DNA from: a virus
Taxonomy: Duplodnaviria > Caudoviricetes
Reading direction: 5' to 3' (one strand)
IMG/VR virus record: IMGVR_UViG_3300030095_004573
Location: 1 to 26,514 of that record
DNA length: 26,514 nt
Of the stretch, positions 7,277-16,546 are shown piece by piece. The position numbers and the translations under genes were made by a program. Within the stretch, counting starts at the first letter, position 1. Each line of letters starts with the position of its first letter. The notes below the pieces were generated by a model. It worked only from the letters and a program-made list of their open reading frames with translations, did no database searches and was not told the origin of the DNA.

Positions 7277-8056
7277 ATGCCTGTAGCTTGTTCCTCGACG
7301 GCTTTAACTGGCCAAGAGGGTTCTATTTATTTTTCCCCAGCGGGTACAAAATGGTGTCTTAAGGATTACACAGATTTTCCTTCTGGCGCTGGTGGTGTAA
7401 TTGTTCCATCAAATCATGACTTTAGAGTTAATGATCCTGTGAAATTCACAGTGGTTGGAACTGCAACTCTTGATGGCAACCTTACAGCGGGTACTACCTA
7501 CTACGTGATAGCAGTAACAGCAACAACAATAAAAGTTGCAACTGCTGTTGGTGGGACAAACATCGCTCTAGCTGGTAGTGGAGGTACTGGATCAGCAGAT
7601 AAATCTGGACATATAAATGTTCAGTATTCAGCAGCGGCGGCTGTTGCCCAAGTAAGGGAATTTTCTGTTGATATTGAAAGGGAAACTCTAGATGTAACAA
7701 CGCTTCCAGCGGGTGTTGCTTCTGTTACTAAGTACGCTCCTTTCAGGAACACTCAGCCAGGTTATGCCAGTGGTAGTGGTTCAATGACTGTTTACTTTAC
7801 TGATAGCCAAACCAGTCTTGCAAATAGATTGTTGGGTAATGTTCTCTTGAAGTCTCAAGAGGGTGCTTCAGTTAAGCTCTATGTTGATTTAGTTGATAAC
7901 GGCTCTGGAGCTGTTGATGATACTAATTCAACTTATATAGATTCTGATGTTTCTATAACAGGGATGAGTTTAAGCGTTACTCCTGATGAAGCAACTACTG
8001 CTGAAATGAGTTTCAACCTTACTAATCCAAGGAAAATCTTTAGCACTACTTTGTAA
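7277..8056 (+). CDS. Major tail (tube) protein with an inserted beta domain
   Basis: GQEGSIYF...VAQVREFSVDIERETLDVTTL...GSGSMTVYF tube motifs; followed by a terminator, chaperone and tape measure. Confidence 0.88.
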   Translation: MPVACSSTALTGQEGSIYFSPAGTKWCLKDYTDFPSGAGGVIVPSNHDFRVNDPVKFTVVGTATLDGNLTAGTTYYVIAVTATTIKVATAVGGTNIALAGSGGTGSADKSGHINVQYSAAAAVAQVREFSVDIERETLDVTTLPAGVASVTKYAPFRNTQPGYASGSGSMTVYFTDSQTSLANRLLGNVLLKSQEGASVKLYVDLVDNGSGAVDDTNSTYIDSDVSITGMSLSVTPDEATTAEMSFNLTNPRKIFSTTL

Positions 8057-8089
8057 TAAGTGGTTAACTAAAAATAACCCCATCATTCT

Positions 8090-8115
8090 GAGCCTATTTT
8101 TTTATAGGCTTTTTT
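8090..8115 (+). terminator. Intrinsic terminator after the major tail gene
   Basis: AGCCTAT-TTTTTT-ATAGGCT-TTTTT. Confidence 0.8.
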
Positions 8116-8159
8116 CTTGTCTAAAATTAATTTGTTAGACATTTCTAGGTCATGTTTAA

Positions 8160-8222
8160 CCGTATGGAGATGTCGCTACTTCATACGGACAATTGGGGGC
8201 TTATATCCATGCCCCCTTTTGT
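8160..8222 (+). ncRNA. Candidate two-hairpin RNA element (sRNA or structured leader)
   Basis: Stems CCGTATGGAG/CTTCATACGG and GGGGGC/GCCCCC plus TTTT; loops complementary to 8261-8267 and 8281-8287. Confidence 0.5.
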
Positions 8223-8280
8223 TATGGATTACTCCTAACGAGGGCTATATAATTTAATTAAGCGACACCTTTATTTTTTT

Positions 8281-8667
8281 ATGGATGCACTTGATGAGTT
8301 GAAAGCTGCCTGCTCGATGGCAACAGTAAGGAAGGAAATTGCCTTACCAAATGGAAAATTATTTGAGTTTTATATGACTCCAATGACCTTGGCAGAAAGA
8401 TCAAGGGCTCAAAAGATGAGCAAAGAAAATGATACAACTGATTTTGCTTTGAGACTTTTGGTTGATAAGGCAATGAATCAAGACAATGAAAAGCGCTTTC
8501 ATATTGGTCATTTGCCAGGATTAAGAAATGAATTACCAGCTACTTTGGTTGAGAAACTGATGATGGCATTGATTGGAGAAGATGAAGAAGATGAGGAGGT
8601 GCAAAAGGATCTAAATATCAAAAGCGTTAGCAAAGAGCCTAAGAAAAGACGGTCCACTCCTGGCTGA
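8281..8667 (+). CDS. Tail assembly chaperone (gpG-like)
   Basis: 128 aa between tube and tape measure genes; acidic C-terminal patch. Confidence 0.85.
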   Translation: MDALDELKAACSMATVRKEIALPNGKLFEFYMTPMTLAERSRAQKMSKENDTTDFALRLLVDKAMNQDNEKRFHIGHLPGLRNELPATLVEKLMMALIGEDEEDEEVQKDLNIKSVSKEPKKRRSTPG

Positions 8668-8815
8668 ATTAGTAGTTGCCAAAGAACTTGGTTATACGTT
8701 ATTTGAACTTAGAGAGAAAATGACACAGGAAGAGCTGCTGATTTGGCACGCCTATTTCCAAATACAAAAAGAAGAAGAGGACAAAGTTATGAATAAAAGC
8801 AGAATGCGACGATAG
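8621..8815 (+). CDS. Frameshift extension of the tail chaperone (gpT-like), +1 frame
   Basis: KALAKSLRKDGPLLAELVVAKELGYTLFELREKMTQEELLIWHAYFQIQKEEEDK... matches the gpT pattern AxELGxTxxELxxxMTxxExxxWxAYF; overlaps the gpG 3' end. Confidence 0.8.
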   Translation, partial: KALAKSLRKDGPLLAELVVAKELGYTLFELREKMTQEELLIWHAYFQIQKEEEDKVMNKSRMRR

Positions 8816-8846
8816 AATAAAAAGAGATTCTGCCTAAGGAAGAAGA

Positions 8847-11417
8847 TTGGCTGAGCAAACCCTGTTATTAAAGATATTAAGTTCGGGTGCTGAACGTAAA
8901 TTAAAGCAGCTCGAAGATAAGATGAACGCCTTTGAAAAGGCGGCAAGAAAAGCACAGGGAACATTACCGAAAACAAATAAGCAAATAAAAGACACAGGTA
9001 AGGCCGCCAATGAGTCGGCAAAAGGGATTGGCAACTTACAAAAAAAACTACTTGGATTAGGCAAGACCATTGCAGTAGGCGCTGGGGTGATGACCTGGTT
9101 CAAAGGTTTTGCAGAAGCTGATAGAGCATCTGGAGCTGTAAGAACTTTGGGAGTAAATGTTGAGGAATTAAAGAAGAAATTATTTGATGTTTCTGTTGCG
9201 TCTGGAAACTTAAGAAGTCAAACAGAATTGTTAGCAGCTTCTTATGATGTTGCATCCGCTGGATTTAATAGCGCTGCTGATATAAGCAAAATCCTGGCAG
9301 CTTCTGTTGATGGTGCTGTTGGTGGTATGACAACGATGGCAAAAGTTTCTGATGCAGCCACTTCTGTTATGAACACTTATGGAAAAAGTGCTGATGATGC
9401 TAGGGGTTTAATTGATGGATTTATACAAACACAGAATGACGGTAAAATCATCCTTGATCAATATGCAAGCCAGATTGGACGTTTGGCTCCTATGGGTGCA
9501 GCGGCTGGAGTAGGTATTCAGGAATTAAATGCTGCAATTGGTGCGATAACAGCTACAGGTTTACCAGTTGAACAAACATTCACTGGTTTAAAAATGGTTC
9601 TTCAGGGAATTGTTAGGCCTACAAGTGAAGCTGCTGCCTTGGCCAAAATGCTTGGAATTGAATTTAACGCCTCGGCTTTAAAAAGCAAAGGTTTGGCAAA
9701 TGTATTGCAAGACATGATTGATAAGACAGGAGGGAATACTGAAGCAATGGGCAGAATGTTTGGAAGCGTTGAAGCGTTAAATGCTTTCTTACCTTTGGTC
9801 AATGATGGCTTAGTTAAGTTCAATAAGAATTTAGATAATCAAAAAAATGCTTCTGGAGCTGCTGCCGAGGCTGCAAAAATAATGAGTGGAACAGTTGGGC
9901 AAGCTCTGGGAAGAGTTGCTGATGGAATGGGAAATATTATTAGAAACTTGGATTATGTAGGTGTTGCTTTCAAATATGTCTTGTCAATAGTTAATGAATT
10001 TATTCAAGGCTTTTTGAAAATGCCTAAATGGTTCCAAATTGCTGCAACTTCTGCTGTTGCTTTAAGTCTTGGTCTATTGGCTTTAGGCCCAGCGGTTGGA
10101 GTTGTAATGGCTGTATTTAAAGGGATGATGGCATTTGCAATTCCTTCATTAGTTACATTTGCAGGTGCAACATTGGCGGCTGTTGGTCCTTGGTTGTTAT
10201 TAGCTGCTGGAATTACAGCGGCGGTTGTTGCAGTAAAAAGCTTTTTTGATAAAAAGAATCAATTTAAGGGAGCAAAATTAGACGATTTGATTGCTAGTGA
10301 AGATGGAGGCAAACTAAATAAAGCCTTAGAGGAAGCTGATAAAAGGATTCAAAAGTTAAGAGATAAAATGGCCGATGTTTCTAATTACAAAGGTCAAGGT
10401 GGAAAAGGAAAATCAAAGAATGATAAAAATCAATTAGCTGAATTGTTAGCAGCAAAAGCAGAAATAGAGAAAGCTATGGCAGCTTTAGAAAATACAGCGG
10501 CTGATAAAATCGGTGGGAAAGGTGGAATAAAAGAAGAAACTGATGCTTATTTAAAAGCAAAAGCAGCATTAGCTGAACTAACAAAAGGTTCAGCTAGTGA
10601 AGGTGAAAAGTTATTCCAACAATTGGTGCAGGAAAATGAAATGTTATTAGCCAAGCTTGATGGAACAGAAGCACTTAAAAAATTAGAAAGAGATAGATTG
10701 GCCATTAAGTTAAAAGCTGCTGGATATGATGATGATGAGATTAAATCAATTTTAGATAAGATTGATAAAAATAAAAAGCTTCTTTCTGCTGCAGAAAAAT
10801 TAAAAGATTTATGGAAGTCAATTGGAGATGATATTAAGTCTGGAGTCGTTGATGGAATTAAAGCAGCGATTACTGGAGCTAAATCTTTTGGTGAGGTGAT
10901 GTCAAATATTCTTGGACGTATAGGAGATAAATTATTGAATATGGGGATAGATTCAATATTCAGTAATTTGGGTGGTGGTGGTGGATGGTTAGGTAAATTA
11001 TTTGGCGGTGCAGAAGGTGGATTAGCTAGAGGAGGAATTTCATCTAAAGCCTTTGCCCAAGGTGGTGTTGCTACTGGTCCAACTCTTGGCCTTGTTGGTG
11101 AGGCAGGAGAAGATGAATATATGATTCCTTCCTCTAAGATGGCTGGGGCAATGCAACGGTACTCAGCAGGCGCTAGAGGTCAAGCTGTTATCCCTGGAGG
11201 AGGAACTGTTGCAGGTGGAACTGGAATGCCTGCCACATCTACAACAGTCAACTACACAGGCCCAGTGCTTTCATTTAATAGTGAATCTTATGTCCCTAAA
11301 TCTGCTATCCCAGAAATCATAAATAGCGCTGCTAGACGAGGCGCACAAGAAGGACAATCAAAGGTCTTTAATCAGCTTAAAAACTCTAGAAGTCAAAGAT
11401 CAAGGATAGGATTATGA
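8847..11417 (+). CDS. Tail tape measure protein
   Basis: 856 aa, Ala/Gly-rich helical; TP901-like core, central hydrophobic segments, C-terminal FAQGG...VGEAG.DEYMIP motif; TTG start. Confidence 0.95.
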   Translation: MAEQTLLLKILSSGAERKLKQLEDKMNAFEKAARKAQGTLPKTNKQIKDTGKAANESAKGIGNLQKKLLGLGKTIAVGAGVMTWFKGFAEADRASGAVRTLGVNVEELKKKLFDVSVASGNLRSQTELLAASYDVASAGFNSAADISKILAASVDGAVGGMTTMAKVSDAATSVMNTYGKSADDARGLIDGFIQTQNDGKIILDQYASQIGRLAPMGAAAGVGIQELNAAIGAITATGLPVEQTFTGLKMVLQGIVRPTSEAAALAKMLGIEFNASALKSKGLANVLQDMIDKTGGNTEAMGRMFGSVEALNAFLPLVNDGLVKFNKNLDNQKNASGAAAEAAKIMSGTVGQALGRVADGMGNIIRNLDYVGVAFKYVLSIVNEFIQGFLKMPKWFQIAATSAVALSLGLLALGPAVGVVMAVFKGMMAFAIPSLVTFAGATLAAVGPWLLLAAGITAAVVAVKSFFDKKNQFKGAKLDDLIASEDGGKLNKALEEADKRIQKLRDKMADVSNYKGQGGKGKSKNDKNQLAELLAAKAEIEKAMAALENTAADKIGGKGGIKEETDAYLKAKAALAELTKGSASEGEKLFQQLVQENEMLLAKLDGTEALKKLERDRLAIKLKAAGYDDDEIKSILDKIDKNKKLLSAAEKLKDLWKSIGDDIKSGVVDGIKAAITGAKSFGEVMSNILGRIGDKLLNMGIDSIFSNLGGGGGWLGKLFGGAEGGLARGGISSKAFAQGGVATGPTLGLVGEAGEDEYMIPSSKMAGAMQRYSAGARGQAVIPGGGTVAGGTGMPATSTTVNYTGPVLSFNSESYVPKSAIPEIINSAARRGAQEGQSKVFNQLKNSRSQRSRIGL

Positions 11418-11914
11418 GTATTACTTATTTAACTGGATTTATCTATTTCACGGATGGAAATAATAATCCAAGAGGTGCTTATCAAAACAGTAGAAGAGAT
11501 AATGTTGAAAGTACGACGGGATCAGATAATGAAATCATTTTAAATGGCAATACTTACTCCTACTTACCCTTTATTTATCAAGGTGCAGCTAAAACAAAAT
11601 CTGGAGATAATTTAGAAGCGCAAATAATTTTTGCTAATAATTCTGTGGCAATGAATCACGCAAATCAAGCTGTAGTTGAAAAGTGGAATGTCCAAGTTGA
11701 TATATGCAAAATGAACTCTTCTTTTACCAGTGTGGAGGGGAATCCTCTAACTACAGATAATTGGTTAGTTGCTTCTATGTCTTATGACCCAACTACAATT
11801 GAACTTTTAGTCTCAAGTGCTATTGATGCAGTTGGAACCAATTGCCCTAATAGAGTTTTAACCAATAATCTTGTTGGTTATTTACCAACTACAGCAAACA
11901 TAAGAAACTTTTGA
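11414..11914 (+). CDS. Minor tail/tip protein (gpL-like position)
   Basis: ATGA overlap with the tape measure gene; YSYLPF and CPNR motifs; precedes the NlpC-like gene. Confidence 0.65.
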   Translation: MSITYLTGFIYFTDGNNNPRGAYQNSRRDNVESTTGSDNEIILNGNTYSYLPFIYQGAAKTKSGDNLEAQIIFANNSVAMNHANQAVVEKWNVQVDICKMNSSFTSVEGNPLTTDNWLVASMSYDPTTIELLVSSAIDAVGTNCPNRVLTNNLVGYLPTTANIRNF

Positions 11915-12300
11915 AACCACATCAGTTAATTGGATTGCCGTATCGTCTAGGGGCTGATCCTGTTAAGCATCATGCCGCTGATTGTTTGACTCTTGCTCTA
12001 AGATTTTTAGAAAATTACGACATTAAAACACCGATACCTAAAAGAGAATGGTATAGGCGTTTGAGGAGAAAAGATTATTCAGTTTTTGAAGAGCAACTTA
12101 AATTGTGGGGCGTGAGAACAAACAGACTAGAATTGGGTACAGTGGCTTTATGCCCAATTGAAGAACGTTTTGGTCTTGCTGTTTACTATGAAAAAGGATG
12201 GATAAACTGCAAAGAGTCGGGGGTTTGCTGGAGTCCCATAGACGGCCTTCAGGTCCACGCCTGCTACTACCCTTTGAACAGCAACTTTGCGAAGTCGTAG
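11911..12300 (+). CDS. NlpC/P60-like tail assembly protein (gpK-like)
   Basis: LIGLPYRLG...ADCLTL N-terminal motif with Cys; the expected catalytic His is not evident. Confidence 0.75.
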   Translation: MKPHQLIGLPYRLGADPVKHHAADCLTLALRFLENYDIKTPIPKREWYRRLRRKDYSVFEEQLKLWGVRTNRLELGTVALCPIEERFGLAVYYEKGWINCKESGVCWSPIDGLQVHACYYPLNSNFAKS

Positions 12301-15300
12301 GACTTACAGAACAGGAGTATTGGTATTTTGTAGACAAGACGGCAAGCTATAACGGTAAAAGGCCTAAGGCTTATGACTTAATCCCAGATGTAAGAAATGA
12401 TCCCGTTTCTATTATTACCAATATTGTTATCGGGGTAGTTCTATCTTATGTTTCCAATCTTTTAACCCCTAAGCCTAAGGAGCAAGAATATAAAGCTCCT
12501 CTATCATTACAAACAGCAGCTCAGGCTGGTTTAAGAAGATATTCACCTCAATCAGGTTTTGATTCTGTTCAAGTTTTATCTGAATTGGGTGAAACAATTC
12601 CTCTTGTATTTGCTTTCCAAAGAGAAATCGAAGGGGCCATTTATGGAGGTATAAGGGCAAATACTAAACTCGTATGGTCACAAATGCGAAGTTTAGGAAA
12701 AGGCCAACAATTTAAAGCGGTGTTTATACTTTCTTCTGGGACATTAGGAGCAAGACCTGAGTTTGCAGGTTATGCAATAGGAGATACTTTATTAGAGAAT
12801 TATTCAAACGGAAAACTTGCTTTATATCACAGAACAGGATCAACTAATAATGAAAGATTACTAGAAACTGATAGATACCCAGAGGGAATATTAGATAAAG
12901 AAACTTTTATAAATTCAAATGGCATTGCTGTTGTAAATAACGGCACTGCTTTACCTTCTGTTTTCTTGAGTGAGTTTAAGGATAATGTTTTTAGTGGTGC
13001 AAGAAACCCATCAACTCAGTCTGTATTTGGAAATTACAGCCCTTTACCTAATTCAATGCAATTCAAATTGCCCTATGAATTGGTACTAAAAAATCTCAAG
13101 GCTTATCATAATGACCCTGTAAATGTAAACGCTAGGGCTAAGCAAGATAAACTAAAAACTAATTATCCAAGATATGCCGCAGTAGTTGCAAAGAACGGAA
13201 ATACTAATACTGGGAATAAAGATGTAGCAAAAAATGATTTAGTTACTTATCAAATTAGCGGCCATAATCCTAAAACAATTTATAAAGATGATTTTGAGGA
13301 TTGGGGTGCAGAAGATGTTTCTTCTAGTGTTGATGCTGATAGAGAAACATCAGATGATTCAATTTCTATTGGTGAGCAATATTTAATCGGTACAGCAAAA
13401 GGAGTTTGCATTGAAATTGATAAGCCTGGACAATTATGGAAAGTGGGTTTAGTAAAGCAATACACATTTAAAATTACTGAGCCTGGAAAGATTCAAGTTA
13501 GAGGAGTAACTAACACACACAATCCAGATGAATTATTACTTATACAAAAATGTGCAATTGGTACAGTAACAAATAACATAAAATGCGATGTAACTGAAAT
13601 AGGTATTAAATCAACAGTATGGAAACAGATTTCAGGTTTTGCTAATGTAAATAGTCATCCTGGGCATTGGAGTGTTCCGCAAGGTGTTGTTTATGAGTAT
13701 GAATTAGAAGGAGGTAATATAACTCTAGGGCAATTATCTAAATATATAAAGAGATATAGTTTCTTTCGTTTATACGCAAGGAGAGCCGGAAATTCTAATG
13801 AATGGCAATTAATTGACGGTGGTAAACCTTTTGCTGTTTTAGGTCGTTCACCTCAACCTCAGTATAATTTTATAAAAGTCATACATAGTGATGCTTACTT
13901 ACATGAGTTTAAATTAGAACCATTTCCAGGTAATGAAATTAGAGCAAACTTTATAGGATCAAATATTAATTATTTAGGCACAGGACCATTACAAGTTTTA
14001 GATACTATGAATGGATATACTGTTAGTTTTGCTGGAGATAAAAATCATCAGCTAGATGCAACTAGAGCATCTAATCCAGAATGGTTTTTAGGTACCACAG
14101 TAGCTAATGAATCTGACGGTTCAGTACAAAGTATTTATCCTTCAACTCAAGGTTCTCCACCAACCAGTGAGCCACAATTTGATTTAGTTGAAAGTGATGT
14201 CTATATCGGAGGACATCATGGGGGAAATAATGGTACTTATTGTCGCACATACGTCTCTAGAGATCGTGATGAAGAAACAGATGGACTATATTTCTATCGT
14301 TACGGTGAGGTTGTTGGCTTCGTTGCATCAAGCGGTTCTAGAGGTCCAGACGCTCCCGCACAAAGCGTTATACATGAGGGTAAGAAATATGAAATGACAG
14401 GTGGTTTTAAGTGGGATGATTGGATTGAGGGGGGAGGTCATCGTTATGGATACCACTTACAATATTTCGCGGTAAATATTTATGAGTATTCTGGATCAGG
14501 ATCAATACCAACAGAAGAGGTAAAATCAGTTACGGGAGGATCTGGTTCGGGCTTAAAAGTAGCTGTTACTTCTTATGAAAACGGTGCAAAATCATGGGAT
14601 ATTCGAGAGGCTGGTACGGGCTACTCTTCTGGGGAGAATGTAACAATTCCTAACATTGGAACAGTGCAGATTAGTACAACACAGGTTGATTTTGTTACCC
14701 CTCCTTGGCCTCTTGGACAGAACTTAAATCCTTATGACGCTATTAGTGATTATGTAAGATATGACGCAGAAAGAGCAAGTCATTTAGAAGGACCAGAGCA
14801 TGAGATTACTTATTTAAATGAATTAAAAAGTAGTGTCAGCTTGCCATACGGAAAACTTTCTACAGTTGGAATAAGGATTAATAGTTCCAAAGAATTTAGT
14901 AGCTTTTCTCAACTATCTGCTTATCTAAAGCGTGGTTTAAAGATTAAACGTTTAATTAATGATACAGGAGAAGATGTTGTACTTGGTCAAGGTGAAGTTA
15001 ATGCAGAAGGACAAGGCCCATCTAATATTTTCCCTGAGATAGCTTATGCCTTATTAACAGATGATTTGATTGGTGCAGGCAACTTAGTTGGTGCAAATGC
15101 TGTTGATGATGAGGATATGAAAATTGCAGCTAAATTCTGTTATGCAAATAAATTCTTCTGGGATGGCGCAATCGTTGATTCACAAAATTTAAGGAATTTT
15201 ATTTTTGAAAATGGTAGTTATTGTTTCTTAGATTTTTCTATTAAGGGAGGACGTTTTTCTTTAATACCTTCTGTTCCTTATAACAGTAACTATGAAATAG

Positions 15301-16028
15301 ATTTTAATGCTGAACCACCTATTAAAGCTTTGTTTACTGATGGAAACATAAAAGATTTAAAAGTTACATTTTTATCTCCAGAAGAAAGACAACTGTTTCA
15401 GGCCAGGGTTATTTATAGACATGAGGTTGTGAACGGGTTTTCAGAAAGAAGGGTTTTGTCTTGTAAGTTTGCAAATGGTGATCCCTCTGATGGACGAGAA
15501 AGTTTCGATCTATCTAATTTTTGCAGCAGTCGTAGACATGCAGAATTTTTTGCTAAATATATTTTGAAATTGAGAAAAGATGTAGATCACGGATTATCTT
15601 TTCAAACAACTCCACAGGCTGCGATGTATTTAAAACCAGGAGATTATTTTAGGTTGGTTTCTGAGTCTACTCATACCGATAGGTTTGAGAATGGTTTAGT
15701 TAGTGAGTCTGGAGCAGTACAAACCCAAGGAAATTCAGTATTAAGTAATCAACCTATTTTTTATTGGAAACCAGGAATGGATGCTCCTGCTACAACAAAT
15801 TTGACAGTTACAGACGGTCAAGCGAATAATGCAAATTTAAATGGTTGTGTCTTTACGACAAATAACACGACTACAACTAACCGAGTTTATAAAGTGGAAA
15901 GTTTGACATATGCAGAAGATGGTTTGGTTGAATTAGCTGGTAGCCATGTGCCTCTTACCAGTGAAGGAAAAATGAAAACTTTACAGTGGTTCAACAGTGA
16001 CGGTACATCAATGTTTTTAACGTCTTAA
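12198..16028 (+). CDS. Tail tip/host-specificity protein (gpI/gpJ-like hub); start uncertain
   Basis: 1276 aa with LGETIPLVF, SNIFPEIAYALLTD, FFWDG and LKPGDYFRL motifs of J-like proteins. Confidence 0.85.
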   Translation: MDKLQRVGGLLESHRRPSGPRLLLPFEQQLCEVVGLTEQEYWYFVDKTASYNGKRPKAYDLIPDVRNDPVSIITNIVIGVVLSYVSNLLTPKPKEQEYKAPLSLQTAAQAGLRRYSPQSGFDSVQVLSELGETIPLVFAFQREIEGAIYGGIRANTKLVWSQMRSLGKGQQFKAVFILSSGTLGARPEFAGYAIGDTLLENYSNGKLALYHRTGSTNNERLLETDRYPEGILDKETFINSNGIAVVNNGTALPSVFLSEFKDNVFSGARNPSTQSVFGNYSPLPNSMQFKLPYELVLKNLKAYHNDPVNVNARAKQDKLKTNYPRYAAVVAKNGNTNTGNKDVAKNDLVTYQISGHNPKTIYKDDFEDWGAEDVSSSVDADRETSDDSISIGEQYLIGTAKGVCIEIDKPGQLWKVGLVKQYTFKITEPGKIQVRGVTNTHNPDELLLIQKCAIGTVTNNIKCDVTEIGIKSTVWKQISGFANVNSHPGHWSVPQGVVYEYELEGGNITLGQLSKYIKRYSFFRLYARRAGNSNEWQLIDGGKPFAVLGRSPQPQYNFIKVIHSDAYLHEFKLEPFPGNEIRANFIGSNINYLGTGPLQVLDTMNGYTVSFAGDKNHQLDATRASNPEWFLGTTVANESDGSVQSIYPSTQGSPPTSEPQFDLVESDVYIGGHHGGNNGTYCRTYVSRDRDEETDGLYFYRYGEVVGFVASSGSRGPDAPAQSVIHEGKKYEMTGGFKWDDWIEGGGHRYGYHLQYFAVNIYEYSGSGSIPTEEVKSVTGGSGSGLKVAVTSYENGAKSWDIREAGTGYSSGENVTIPNIGTVQISTTQVDFVTPPWPLGQNLNPYDAISDYVRYDAERASHLEGPEHEITYLNELKSSVSLPYGKLSTVGIRINSSKEFSSFSQLSAYLKRGLKIKRLINDTGEDVVLGQGEVNAEGQGPSNIFPEIAYALLTDDLIGAGNLVGANAVDDEDMKIAAKFCYANKFFWDGAIVDSQNLRNFIFENGSYCFLDFSIKGGRFSLIPSVPYNSNYEIDFNAEPPIKALFTDGNIKDLKVTFLSPEERQLFQARVIYRHEVVNGFSERRVLSCKFANGDPSDGRESFDLSNFCSSRRHAEFFAKYILKLRKDVDHGLSFQTTPQAAMYLKPGDYFRLVSESTHTDRFENGLVSESGAVQTQGNSVLSNQPIFYWKPGMDAPATTNLTVTDGQANNANLNGCVFTTNNTTTTNRVYKVESLTYAEDGLVELAGSHVPLTSEGKMKTLQWFNSDGTSMFLTS

Positions 16029-16085
16029 AGAATGAAATACTTTAGACTGGTCAGAGAAAAAGATTTTGTACTACAAGGTAATTAA

Positions 16086-16511
16086 ATGGCTCAAATACAA
16101 TTCCCTGCTTTAGTACCAAGCGGTAGAAGTTTCAGCCCTGGCTCATATCCAGAAAGAGTTTTTGAATCTCAAAACGGTTCTAAGAGTTTTATAAGATATG
16201 GTAATAAGCCAGTAAATGCCTCCCTTAGTTTATCCTTTTCAAATATTAGTGATGATGATGCAAATTCAATATTGACTGCTTATTATGACAGTGAATCAGT
16301 TGGAGAAAACTATATAAAATTTAAATCAGAAGTTAATGGCGGCATAACGGACCCACCAATGCTTGATTATTCTGAAAGCTTAACTCATAGAATTGGACAG
16401 TTTTCTTCTGGCCTTAGATGGAGGTTTAGCGGCCCTCCTGAATATTCAAGTGTGTTTCCAGGTGTGGCAAATGTTAGCTGTTCTTTTGTGGCTTGCCTCG
16501 ATGGTGACTAG
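16086..16511 (+). CDS. Distal tail protein (gpM/Dit-like)
   Basis: 141 aa; FESQNG...RYGN, LSLSFSNI, WRFSGPP pattern. Confidence 0.7.
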   Translation: MAQIQFPALVPSGRSFSPGSYPERVFESQNGSKSFIRYGNKPVNASLSLSFSNISDDDANSILTAYYDSESVGENYIKFKSEVNGGITDPPMLDYSESLTHRIGQFSSGLRWRFSGPPEYSSVFPGVANVSCSFVACLDGD

Positions 16512-16546
16512 AATGCTTTTATTAGTGTTCTGCCTCCTTAGCCGAA

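Noticed and set aside
8118-8141. AT-rich inverted repeat TGTCTAA...TTAGACA as a separate element
   Set aside because: Weak stem with no clear promoter spacing; may belong to the adjacent RNA element but is unsupported alone.
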